Notes under the pieces: model-generated
What the model was told of the DNA's origin: nothing
Database searches by the model: none
What the model saw: the letters and a program-made list of their open reading frames with translations, nothing else
In this document: positions 1-9,389 of the stretch, piece by piece
Numbering within the stretch: the stretch's first letter is position 1
Layout: every line of letters starts with the position of its first letter
Assembly: GCA_013375475.1 (NCBI GenBank)
Contig: JABXKD010000033.1
Coordinates: forward strand, 1 to 39,172
DNA: 39,172 nucleotides
Reading direction: 5' to 3'
Source: Promethearchaeota archaeon
GTDB taxonomy: Archaea > Asgardarchaeota > Lokiarchaeia > Sigyniarchaeales > SOKP01
Position numbers and translations under genes: made by a program

Positions 1-165
1 AAGGGCGCAATTAATCAAATTATCAATATCTGCTTTATAATCTCCTTCCGGAAAGAAACTCTTTTTTACACGACTTATATTTTTAATGACTTTTCTCTTT
101 ACATCCTTCTCAACCTTGTTTAGTTCTTCAATGAACCATCTATATTTATCTAAGAATTCTTGCAT
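1..165 (-). CDS. Partial CDS running off the window edge; probable (Fe-S)-binding oxidoreductase subunit (GlcF/HdrD-like)
   Basis: Not in the ORF track. The ATG at 165 directly follows the TAG of the upstream flavoprotein. The frame is open to position 1: MQEFLDKYRWFIEELNKVEKDVKRKVIKNISRVKKSFFPEGDYKADIDNLINCAL. The terminal NCAL may begin a CxxC cluster motif. The product is inferred from context. Confidence 0.55.
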   Translation of the reverse strand, partial: MQEFLDKYRWFIEELNKVEKDVKRKVIKNISRVKKSFFPEGDYKADIDNLINCAL

Positions 166-1644
166 CTAATCAACACCCTCATGCCAAATATTTTCGTAAA
201 CTTTACCGGGATTTAGAATGTTTTGAGGATCCAAAATCTTCTTGAATTCCTTCATGATTTTCATACTCTTACCCCATTCTACTCCCATCCATCTTGCTCG
301 ATTTATCCCAATACCGTGATGGTGAGCTATGGATCCACCAGAAGCCACTACTGCTTCCATTGTTGCATTCCAAACCTTCTGATAAAAATCAAAATTAGTT
401 TCTTCTCCAGTTTCAACTCCTCCAAACGTAAAGTACATACCCACTCCATTTGGATAGAAATGCGAAACATGAGCAGTAAATAATATAACTCCTTTAAGTT
501 TTTTAACGGAATCTAATACATGATGATACATTTTTGCTGCGTTTTCCCATGAAGAAGCTACTTCAATTGTATCAAAAGTAATCTGCATTTTTGGAGTTGC
601 GCTTGTCTCAGTAACTCGAAATCTAGTTTCAAACCAATGTTCAACTGGATGAACACCACAATCAACTCCTGAATTCTGTTCGCATTTTTCTCTCGTAATT
701 TCTTCTTCGAGATTGACAAGTCGTTCATTACCTTCACATACAAAAACAACCATAACTTTATCATTAGCTTTTTCCATGTGCAAAAAATGTCTTTTAGTTT
801 CATCTTTATCATAAATCCTGACAACAGCAGGATAAATTTGTTCTCGTAAAATTTGCCTAACAGCTTCTAAAGAATCTTCAAAGGTATGAAACGCATACGA
901 TAATAATGCTCGTTTCTCTGGATAAGGCCAAATTCTTAGGGTAACTTCAGTTACTATCCCTAATGTTCCCTCATTCCCTATAAATAACTTATCTAATTGA
1001 GGACCCGTTGCTTTTCTAACAATAGGGTTAAAATTAAGCACATCTCCTTGAGGTAGAATTATTTCCATTCCTAATATGATATCTTCGATTTTACCGTATT
1101 TCGTTGAGAATTGCCCCGCTGCTTTATGTGCAGTCCATCCTCCCACAGAAGACATTTGAACAGATTGAGGGATATTTCCACAGGTATATCCTTTATTATT
1201 TAAAGTACGTTCTAAATTCATTCCGTTTATTCCAGATTCAACTGTTACTGTAAGATCTTTTTCATTTATTTTTAGGATCTGATTGAACTTCTTCATATCA
1301 ATTATGATTCCGCCCCTAATAGGAATTGCGCCTCCGACTACTCCAGAACCCTCAGCATAAGGTATAACTGGGATTCCCTCCGAATTTGCCAATCGTAAGA
1401 TTTCAATAATTTGGTTTTTGTTTTCTGGCCATGTAATGAAATCAGCAAGTCCAGCAATCTTTCCTTCTAATATCCAATTAAATCCAATCATTGTAGAATC
1501 TTTTGTATAAGCAAAGAGATCGAGTTCACTGTTAGAAACATTTTTGTCCCCAACAATTTCAGTTAGCTTGGATTTAATTTTTTGTTTATCCTTAATTTCA
1601 GAGCGATTATTTTTGTAAATTAATTCAAAATCTTTAAAATCCAT
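166..1644 (-). CDS. FAD-binding oxidoreductase (VAO/GlcD superfamily), alkyl-dihydroxyacetonephosphate synthase-like
   Basis: Motifs: PYAEGSGVVGG, SSVGGWTAHKAAGQFSTKYGKIED, GNEGTLGIVTE, PAVVRIYD, SHFYPNGVGMYFTF, SIAHHHGIG, DPQNILNPGK. The ATG at 1644 is preferred over the TTG at 1653. Confidence 0.85.
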   Translation of the reverse strand: MDFKDFELIYKNNRSEIKDKQKIKSKLTEIVGDKNVSNSELDLFAYTKDSTMIGFNWILEGKIAGLADFITWPENKNQIIEILRLANSEGIPVIPYAEGSGVVGGAIPIRGGIIIDMKKFNQILKINEKDLTVTVESGINGMNLERTLNNKGYTCGNIPQSVQMSSVGGWTAHKAAGQFSTKYGKIEDIILGMEIILPQGDVLNFNPIVRKATGPQLDKLFIGNEGTLGIVTEVTLRIWPYPEKRALLSYAFHTFEDSLEAVRQILREQIYPAVVRIYDKDETKRHFLHMEKANDKVMVVFVCEGNERLVNLEEEITREKCEQNSGVDCGVHPVEHWFETRFRVTETSATPKMQITFDTIEVASSWENAAKMYHHVLDSVKKLKGVILFTAHVSHFYPNGVGMYFTFGGVETGEETNFDFYQKVWNATMEAVVASGGSIAHHHGIGINRARWMGVEWGKSMKIMKEFKKILDPQNILNPGKVYENIWHEGVD

Positions 1645-1758
1645 CAATATCAACAGTTCCTTTTATTTACTATGATAATGATTAGAATTAATTTAAAATT
1701 TCTACTTTCAAATTAACCTTTAAAGTCTTGATAATTTATATGATAAAAAAAGATTAGG

Positions 1759-3234
1759 TTAATACATAGTTTCTCCCGTAATCTTGTTCACTTTTAAGTG
1801 TCTGAATCTAGCTTGAGTTTTATTTAATTCTGGACTCGCAGATATCTTCTCTACCACTTCTGGAGGAAATAAATAGTTTGCCATTTTTATAATTAGTTGT
1901 GGAGTTTCAATGCAATTAAATAGTTTTAAAATCTCAAATGAGTAGAACAATTCAGAAATTAAATCAAAATTAGTATCTTCTGATATTTCAAGTAGTTCTA
2001 AATTCCTGTAAATCTTGGAAATAGTACTTTCCAACAAGTCGTATTCTTTTAAATTATCTAAAGTATTTCTCATATAATTACAAAATACTACGTAATAAGT
2101 TGCTTCTGACGAAACGAAGCCGTCTCTATATTGTTTTATTCCTTCTGGTGCTATTCTACGATCTAATTCTTCTAATATTGCTTGAATATTATCCTCTATG
2201 TTTCTAGCATGAATCAAGTTATATAATTTTAAAATAACAACTAATTGGGATGTTTCTAAGTTCTTAAGATAAGCGGTTTCAAAATATTTTGGCTCTGTTT
2301 CAATTAATCTATTAATTTGTTCATTTGTGAGCCATAATTTCATATAAAAAGTAGCTTTTAGAAGATAGTAAACTCCATCAGTAGCTTGTACTAAAGGTGC
2401 TTCAAACTCATCGATCCCTTCCTCATATAAATCTAATAAGAAATTCTTAACTTTGGGTTCTTCCAATTTTACATTCAATGCGTCTGCTAAGTATAATCCA
2501 CAATAATAGAGGTCGGGATTTTTTAATGTAACCAAGGGTATAGTTATTAACCATTCGTCCATGTTGTCCGAAATATAATTCTTTATATGGATAAAATTAA
2601 ATTCTTTTTCTAAATGAAATATACTAATTATCCGATAAATAAGATATAAGGATTGCAGTTTTTCTTGCGGATCTTGTAGATTCTCTAACATCTCAATTTT
2701 TTCTTTATTTAACACTAACTTTTTTTCAAATTTCTTCTGTATTTGAAGATATCTCTTCAAATTTTCTTTTTTTTCGGGATACTTATCAATGAGATCTTTT
2801 AAGTTTTTCAATTCTACAATAAATTCCAAACTTAAGAAATTATTTGATTTTAAATTTAATATTATGGGACTGACATTATTTATATCAACTAAATAATCTA
2901 CAACTTTTTCTAAAAAAATCTCGTATAATATTGGAGCTATTTTTACATCATAAATTTGATGGATTGGCCGTTTTTTGTTAATGTCATCGTGGTTCAGGTT
3001 AATATAAGGGTCTAAAAATATGTGATCTAATTCTTTGCTTTCAAATCCAAGAGCAACTAATTCAGTTTTAATAAAATCCAAGAGATCGCTAAATTGGCGA
3101 TTTAAATCTTCAGTTTCATTTGTATACATAAACTCATTAATTCTATCATGAAAAAACTGATCTAGGCTATTAAATAAATAGTCTTCATTGTCTAAGTATA
3201 AGCTAGAAATATTCAATAATCCTTGAAATATCAT
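1759..3234 (-). CDS. Hypothetical protein, 491 aa, all-helical; possible alpha/alpha-toroid repeats in the C-terminal half
   Basis: Long ORF with recurring helical units (e.g. SSEATYYVVFC, ATDGVYYLLKA, LISELFYSFEILKL). No diagnostic motif recognised. Confidence 0.6.
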   Translation of the reverse strand: MIFQGLLNISSLYLDNEDYLFNSLDQFFHDRINEFMYTNETEDLNRQFSDLLDFIKTELVALGFESKELDHIFLDPYINLNHDDINKKRPIHQIYDVKIAPILYEIFLEKVVDYLVDINNVSPIILNLKSNNFLSLEFIVELKNLKDLIDKYPEKKENLKRYLQIQKKFEKKLVLNKEKIEMLENLQDPQEKLQSLYLIYRIISIFHLEKEFNFIHIKNYISDNMDEWLITIPLVTLKNPDLYYCGLYLADALNVKLEEPKVKNFLLDLYEEGIDEFEAPLVQATDGVYYLLKATFYMKLWLTNEQINRLIETEPKYFETAYLKNLETSQLVVILKLYNLIHARNIEDNIQAILEELDRRIAPEGIKQYRDGFVSSEATYYVVFCNYMRNTLDNLKEYDLLESTISKIYRNLELLEISEDTNFDLISELFYSFEILKLFNCIETPQLIIKMANYLFPPEVVEKISASPELNKTQARFRHLKVNKITGETMY

Positions 3235-3614
3235 TTAGAGCTACGTCAATTTTTAATTTAATTAAATACTCTGATTAAAGCAATATTCTTTAAACTTTAT
3301 ATGTGAGAATAAAAATTAATACTTTTTTATTCAAATTTATAGTATATTGAAAATATTTACACATTATTATTTAATTGGGCGGTTATGTTTAAGTATGAAA
3401 TTTATCAAATTATAATCTAAAAAGATAATAGCTTCTTAATTTCTTTAGAATAAGATTCATAATCTTAACTCTTAATAAAAAAGCTTCAATAAAAATAAAG
3501 ATTTAACCATTTGAATTTTCAACTTAATGGATATTTAAAATTTGAAACAATTACTTCATAAAATTAAAATTAAAAAAAAATCTTTATTAATATAAGATAA
3601 TTATTAAGGAAAAG

Positions 3615-5051
3615 ATGAAAAATATGACATCAAATATATTTGGAACTTCCGGTATAAGAAAGGTGTTCCAAAATTACAGTGAGACAGATATCATGTTTAC
3701 GCCGCAAATGGCTTTAGATGTGGGACTAGCGTTGGGTACATACTTAAAAGGTGAAGGTATCGTAGTTATCGGGAAGGATATTAGAACCTCTGCTTTACCA
3801 ATAGAATATTCATTAATTTCGGGGATTTTAAGTACGGGATGTAATGTGAAAACATTAGGTATTGTAACTACTCCCACATTAGCAATGTCTCTACGATTTT
3901 TAGATGGGAATGCTGGAGTTATGATTACTGCATCTCATAATACTCCCGAATATATTGGACTAAAATTTTGGAATCCTTCAGGTATAGGTTACTCCCATGA
4001 GCAAGAGGAAGAAATCTCGAGATTATATGACGAGAAGAGTTTTCTTGATATCAAATGGGATCAAATTGGAAAAGTTACTCAGGTTAATGATATTAACGAT
4101 AAGCACATTTTAGATATAACAAATCGTATAAAATTTGATGGAAGTAAACTTAATGTTATAGTTGACCCCGGAAACGGAGCGGGATGTGAAATTGTTCCAA
4201 GACTTTTAAGTATTTATAATGTAAATATTATAACAATCAACGCACAAATGGATGGTAAATTCCCTGGACGAAATTCAGAACCTAGCAAAAAAAATTTAAT
4301 TCAAATTTCCAAATTTTTGAAAATATCAACACTAGATGATATTGGAATAGCATTAGATGGGGACGCTGATCGAGTTATTTTTTTAGATGAAACGGGTGAG
4401 ATTGTTGATCCAATTAGGTTATTAGCTCTTCTGGCAAAATATAATATACAAAATAATCGAAATAATCTTAATATGAAGGATATGAAAGTATCTACTCCTA
4501 TAAACTCATCTAGTTTAATTGAGGAAGTACTACAACCACTAAATTGCGAAGTAATAAGGACTGAAGTAGGAGATATCCAAGTAGCTCAAGCTTTATATGA
4601 GAACGGGGGATTTCTGGGTGGAGAAACCTCAGGTACATATATTTGGCCTAGCTTCCATTTAGGACCCGATTCAATAGTTACAATCGGTTTAGTATTGCAA
4701 ATGATGGTTAAAACGGGAAAAAGGTTAATAGAATTATTGAAAGAAATTCCAAACTACCCCTATTACCGTCAACAATTTCAACTTATAAAAGATATTCCGT
4801 TTTCAGATGATATAACTCAAAAAATCATTGGAGAAATGAAAGAGAGCTTCGATTCTATGGGAAAAAAATTAAAAACTATAAATAAGATGGATGGTTGTAG
4901 ATTCGATTACGATACTGGATGGATTTTAATAAGACGTTCGGGAACAAGCCCATACTTAAGAATTTCTGGTGAATCCAGTATCGATATAAATCAATCAATT
5001 GAGATGAATAAAGTAGCAGAAGAAAAAATGAAGAAATTAAATTTAATATAA
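3615..5051 (+). CDS. glmM: Phosphoglucosamine mutase (alpha-D-phosphohexomutase family)
   Basis: IFGTSGIR, phosphoserine loop ITASHN, metal loop DGDADR, GGETSG, RRSGTSP. Adjacent to nagB and glmS. Confidence 0.88.
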   Translation: MKNMTSNIFGTSGIRKVFQNYSETDIMFTPQMALDVGLALGTYLKGEGIVVIGKDIRTSALPIEYSLISGILSTGCNVKTLGIVTTPTLAMSLRFLDGNAGVMITASHNTPEYIGLKFWNPSGIGYSHEQEEEISRLYDEKSFLDIKWDQIGKVTQVNDINDKHILDITNRIKFDGSKLNVIVDPGNGAGCEIVPRLLSIYNVNIITINAQMDGKFPGRNSEPSKKNLIQISKFLKISTLDDIGIALDGDADRVIFLDETGEIVDPIRLLALLAKYNIQNNRNNLNMKDMKVSTPINSSSLIEEVLQPLNCEVIRTEVGDIQVAQALYENGGFLGGETSGTYIWPSFHLGPDSIVTIGLVLQMMVKTGKRLIELLKEIPNYPYYRQQFQLIKDIPFSDDITQKIIGEMKESFDSMGKKLKTINKMDGCRFDYDTGWILIRRSGTSPYLRISGESSIDINQSIEMNKVAEEKMKKLNLI

Positions 5052-5091
5052 AGTTTTTATTAAATGTTTATATTTTTAGTTGAAGTTAACT

Positions 5092-6048
5092 TTATATAAT
5101 TTCTATTTCTATTCCTTTTTTTTTGAGAAATTCCTTTTTAGCAAGCAGTTCTCTACCAACGATTTTGTCCAATATATAAGTCAGGTTACCTCCATTTTTT
5201 GAATAAATTTGCCCATAAGAAATTGGAATATCTGGGGATGGATCATTTAGTAACGATTTGGTAACTGACTCAACCTTACGTTCACCATTAGCCAACAATA
5301 AGACTGCTTTTGCTTTATATACTAGTTCAGCCCCCATACTGATTGCATACCTGGGGGATTCATCTTTGGTGGTGAAATGACCATCTTTCACAGCATTGTC
5401 TACGGTATTGTCATCAAGTTTTACTAATAAAACATTACTATTTTCAAATGGGATTCCCGATTCATGAAAAGCAACATGACCACGACCTCCAACGCCTATT
5501 ATATGTAAATCAATACCCCCAGCAGCTGAAATTTTTTGAGCATACCCTTCTAATATTGTTTCTCGAATCCACTTTAAATATTCTGAAGCTGGATTATCTT
5601 TAATTAATATTGATTTACCCGCATCTGTACCCAATTCACTCCAGTCTTCTGGATGTGCTTTAAGTTCGTCTACTAATTGTTCTTGATCAATCAAACAACC
5701 ATAAGGGAGCGAAGTCTCGATGAATTTTTTGTCAAGAAGCCCAAAAAATTCTTGAATCATAAAATAACAATAACTCTCAGGATGTAGCACTCGTTGTTGA
5801 GGGTTTTCACCAGGGAGACCTACATACTCATCAAGGTTAAAGCTACGGATCCGTGTGCTATCAATTTCACCAGAATTAGCAATCCGAGCTAGGATTTTAT
5901 ACATACCTTTAGGTGAATTTCCCGTTGCAAGCCCTAAAACATATTCTTCCTTGTTTTGCAATCCTTGGATGATATGCTCTTTTACAATTTCAGCTGCAAC
6001 CTTACTTAACTCTTTGAAATTATGTGTAATAATTACTTTAATCGCCAT
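5092..6048 (-). CDS. nagB: Glucosamine-6-phosphate deaminase/isomerase family protein
   Basis: VLGLATGNSP, FNLDEYVGL, GGIDLHIIGVGGRGHVAFHE, PRYAISMG, LLANGERK. Confidence 0.88.
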   Translation of the reverse strand: MAIKVIITHNFKELSKVAAEIVKEHIIQGLQNKEEYVLGLATGNSPKGMYKILARIANSGEIDSTRIRSFNLDEYVGLPGENPQQRVLHPESYCYFMIQEFFGLLDKKFIETSLPYGCLIDQEQLVDELKAHPEDWSELGTDAGKSILIKDNPASEYLKWIRETILEGYAQKISAAGGIDLHIIGVGGRGHVAFHESGIPFENSNVLLVKLDDNTVDNAVKDGHFTTKDESPRYAISMGAELVYKAKAVLLLANGERKVESVTKSLLNDPSPDIPISYGQIYSKNGGNLTYILDKIVGRELLAKKEFLKKKGIEIEII

Positions 6049-6192
6049 AAATAGTACCTTGAGAAATAATTTATACTAAAAAAAGTTCTGTTTAATAAAA
6101 ATTTAATCATATGAGTTTTACAAATTACTTTTATCATGTTTTCTTTCGGACGTAAAAAAATATTTAAATTTCTAATAATTACCTATTTTTAG

Positions 6193-8046
6193 ATGTGTGG
6201 TATTTTTGGAATAGTTACAAAGAATCAAGAAATCTCTGTAGGTAAAGTTGTCTTCGAAGCAATAAAGCGTTTAGAATACCGTGGATATGATTCATGTGGT
6301 ATTGTTTCACTTTATAATTCAAAACTATTCATTAAAAAAGAAGCTGGAAAAATTGATGAAATCCATAAAAAGATCAAATTAGATGAATTTCCTAGTGGTT
6401 CAAGACTTGCATTAGCTCATACAAGATGGGCTACTCATGGAGCACCTACTAAACAAAATAGCCATCCACATTTAGATTGTTTCGACAAGATTGCAGTTGT
6501 ACATAATGGAATAATAGAGAATTTTTTAGAATTGCGAAATGAACTCACTTCTCTAGGACATACATTTAAATCTGAAACTGATTCTGAAGTTATTCCTCAT
6601 TTGATTGAAGATTTCATGAAAAATGGTAATAATTTTAAGGATGCTATTATAAACGCATTAAAAAAATGCAAAGGAGCGTACGCAATTGCAGTCTGTCAGA
6701 TTGATAATCCCGATTTAATAATTGTTGCTCGAAAAGAATCTCCTTTAATAATTGGAATAGAAGAAGGAAAAACAACTTATTGTTCTTCAGATATTCCTGC
6801 TTTTTTACCATATACAAGAAAATGTTATATAATGGAAGATGACGAACTTGCTGTTTTGAAAGCGGGAGAAGTTCAATTTTTTGCTCTCAATAGTGATAAT
6901 GAATCGATTAGAAAAGAAATGCAAATTATTGAATGGAATATTGATGCTGCAGAAAAGGGAGGTTTTGATCATTTTATGTTAAAAGAAATTTACGAGGAAC
7001 CAGATGCATTAAGGTTTACTATGAAAATTTCCGACCAGCTATTAAGCAAGTTTGCAAACGCTTTAATCTCAGCAGGTAGCATCTATATCACTGCAGCGGG
7101 GACATCTTATCACTCAGCGTTAGCAGGAAAATTTATAATTTCTAAGTTTCTTGGTAAACATATTCAGGATATAGAATGTTCTGAATTTGAAACTCAGCTA
7201 AAAGGTAGTTTGCAAGATAATTCCGTAATTATTGCAATTTCACAATCAGGTGAAACCATTGATACGATAGAAGCGATTAGATGGGCAAAAAAAACAAAAT
7301 CTGTCAAAATTTTAACAATTACTAATGTTGTAGGTTCATCTATTACTAGGTATTCCGATCATGTGATCGTAACAAATGCAGGACCTGAAATTGGAGTTGC
7401 AGCAACAAAAACATATACCACGCAAGTTCTTGCTCTTGCGTTAATAGCAGTATCAATTGCAAAAACTAGAAAAATAATATCTAATGAAGAAATAGTAAAA
7501 TATCAGGATGCTTTAGCTGGAATTCCTAATATCATTGAACAATTCCTCGAAAAAAACGTTGATTTAATCAAATATATTGTAAGCAATTTAGAAAAAAATA
7601 TGAATTATTTCTTCTTGGCAAGAGGAATATCAATTGCCACTGCTAAAGAAGGAGGTTTGAAATTGAAAGAAGTTGCTTGTCGGTTTATAGAAGGATACTC
7701 TGCAGCTTCTGCTAAACATGGACCAATTTCTTTAGTACGGGAAGGATTTCCTATTATTTTTATCGCTCCTCCTGACGAGACGTATAATAGATTAGTTGGG
7801 AATGTAATGGAGTTCAAAGCTAGAGGTGGTAGAATTATTTCTGTTGTTGTGGAAAGTGATGTAAAGATAACAAAATTAAGTGATATTACAATTCGAATTC
7901 CTCAACCCGCAGACAAGTTTCATAACCTATTCAGCCCAATAACTTTCATGCCAGCCTTACAATTATTAGCCTATTATGCTGCTTTAGCCCATGATCTAGA
8001 CCCAGATAAACCATTAAATCTTAGTAAGACTGTAACTGTTCATTAA
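6193..8046 (+). CDS. glmS: Glutamine--fructose-6-phosphate transaminase (isomerizing)
   Basis: N-terminal MCGI, LEYRGYDS, HTRWATHG, HNGIIEN, SQSGET, VAATKT, LKLKE, KHGP and C-terminal LSKTVTV. Confidence 0.97.
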   Translation: MCGIFGIVTKNQEISVGKVVFEAIKRLEYRGYDSCGIVSLYNSKLFIKKEAGKIDEIHKKIKLDEFPSGSRLALAHTRWATHGAPTKQNSHPHLDCFDKIAVVHNGIIENFLELRNELTSLGHTFKSETDSEVIPHLIEDFMKNGNNFKDAIINALKKCKGAYAIAVCQIDNPDLIIVARKESPLIIGIEEGKTTYCSSDIPAFLPYTRKCYIMEDDELAVLKAGEVQFFALNSDNESIRKEMQIIEWNIDAAEKGGFDHFMLKEIYEEPDALRFTMKISDQLLSKFANALISAGSIYITAAGTSYHSALAGKFIISKFLGKHIQDIECSEFETQLKGSLQDNSVIIAISQSGETIDTIEAIRWAKKTKSVKILTITNVVGSSITRYSDHVIVTNAGPEIGVAATKTYTTQVLALALIAVSIAKTRKIISNEEIVKYQDALAGIPNIIEQFLEKNVDLIKYIVSNLEKNMNYFFLARGISIATAKEGGLKLKEVACRFIEGYSAASAKHGPISLVREGFPIIFIAPPDETYNRLVGNVMEFKARGGRIISVVVESDVKITKLSDITIRIPQPADKFHNLFSPITFMPALQLLAYYAALAHDLDPDKPLNLSKTVTVH

Positions 8047-8080
8047 AAATGTCCTTTATTATTAAAAATGAAGATATTTT

Positions 8081-9334
8081 TTAAATAAAAGATGGAAGAT
8101 ACTTCAATATGGTATTTCTTGTATTTTCAACCATGCTCAGAAGCCAAGAAGTTCCTAGTTTTTTACTATGCTCATTTAAATTTTGTATTGTGTTGATGTA
8201 ATCTTTCCCGGTATTTTTGTAGATGTCATCTATATTCTTTAAAAATTCAACTCTATTTTTCTCGTCGCCCGAATACTCTAAACATTCCATAAAACTACTT
8301 TCAATTTTTTGGATATTCTCAAATAATTCTCTTTTTTGATTTATTAGTTCATTTGATGCTTTAATACCCATAACCGATTTATATAATTCTATGGAATTCT
8401 CCATCTTGTTAGCTAGTTGTTTAAATCTTTTAATTCTCTCATTGAGAATAAGATCAAGTTTTTCTACAGAGCCCTCATAAAGCAATTTTTCCATTTCACT
8501 TCCCTGATAGAACTTAGAACGTACCATTAGGTACCATTGTCTAAGAGCTATTATATTAGCGATATATTCAATGCAATTTATAACTCTTGATTTAACTCTC
8601 CAATATAGTCCAGGATAGAAATCCATATCCTCTTTTTGAGGTTTCTTACCCATTAAGAGTTTATGACCTTGAGGACAATTTCCACGGTAAATAACTCCTG
8701 CTGCGATTACAGTCTTATAACCTATCCGACTTGGCCCCACTAGTCCGCCTTGGCCCCCTAAAAAAATAGGAGGTTGATTAAGCATAACACCATAAGCTAC
8801 ATCTCCAATTAAAGATGCACTTGCCTTATCCTGATTAGGTGTATAATTAAAATGAATATACGAACTACCCACTTCACTATGGTTTTTTCTATTCGTCCCG
8901 CCTGCCATTAAAATGTCACAAAAATTAATTATGCTCCCTAATGTCACAAATGGAAAGAGTATTGTTTGCTTAAGACCCACCGTATGAGCACCATTAGCCT
9001 CCTCCTCCAGGAGGCATCCTTCTCGGACTTCGGCACCATCACCCATATTCGCGGAATCTAAAAATGTTGATCCTTCAAAATACCCGCCTTTTAATTCCAC
9101 TTTTTTCCCTAATTGACAATTTTTAATAGTAACTGGAGATATACTGCCCAGCTTAACTCCCGGCATAATAAGTGTCTTTTCGCCAAATATTTTACATCCT
9201 GAGTGTATGGTTACATCTTCAGATGATATTAGGTCAATGTTGACTTCCTTGCTTATTTCAACCGAAGAAGGATTTGGTATTTTGACTCCTTTTTCAATTA
9301 AAGCAGTAATTAAAGAGTTTTTATCATATCCCAT
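8081..9334 (-). CDS. GlmU-related left-handed beta-helix protein (putative glucosamine-1-phosphate acetyltransferase) without the uridyltransferase domain
   Basis: Begins LIEKGVKIPNP, resembling the start of the GlmU LbH domain. Hexapeptide-like repeats, TLGSIINFCD, SEVGSSYIHFNY. SD-like GAGATGAT at 9345-9338. Convergent with glmS. Confidence 0.7.
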   Translation of the reverse strand: MGYDKNSLITALIEKGVKIPNPSSVEISKEVNIDLISSEDVTIHSGCKIFGEKTLIMPGVKLGSISPVTIKNCQLGKKVELKGGYFEGSTFLDSANMGDGAEVREGCLLEEEANGAHTVGLKQTILFPFVTLGSIINFCDILMAGGTNRKNHSEVGSSYIHFNYTPNQDKASASLIGDVAYGVMLNQPPIFLGGQGGLVGPSRIGYKTVIAAGVIYRGNCPQGHKLLMGKKPQKEDMDFYPGLYWRVKSRVINCIEYIANIIALRQWYLMVRSKFYQGSEMEKLLYEGSVEKLDLILNERIKRFKQLANKMENSIELYKSVMGIKASNELINQKRELFENIQKIESSFMECLEYSGDEKNRVEFLKNIDDIYKNTGKDYINTIQNLNEHSKKLGTSWLLSMVENTRNTILKYLPSFI

Positions 9335-9389
9335 ATAATCATCTCTCTTTTCTGGTTCATATTTCTTATTTTATCCGTAAAAACAAATT

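Noticed and set aside
3235-3614. 380-bp intergenic region as an ncRNA, CRISPR or origin candidate
   Set aside because: Extremely AT-rich with no repeats, GC stems or ORB-like boxes seen; consistent with divergent promoters.
6049-6192. glmS ribozyme or operator upstream of glmS
   Set aside because: The spacer is short and very AT-rich, with no ribozyme core or clear palindrome visible.
7699-8046. GlmS deviations (AASAKHGP; terminal VTVH instead of VTVE)
   Set aside because: The catalytic Cys1, LKLKE, His and C-terminal Lys are intact, so this is likely ordinary divergence.
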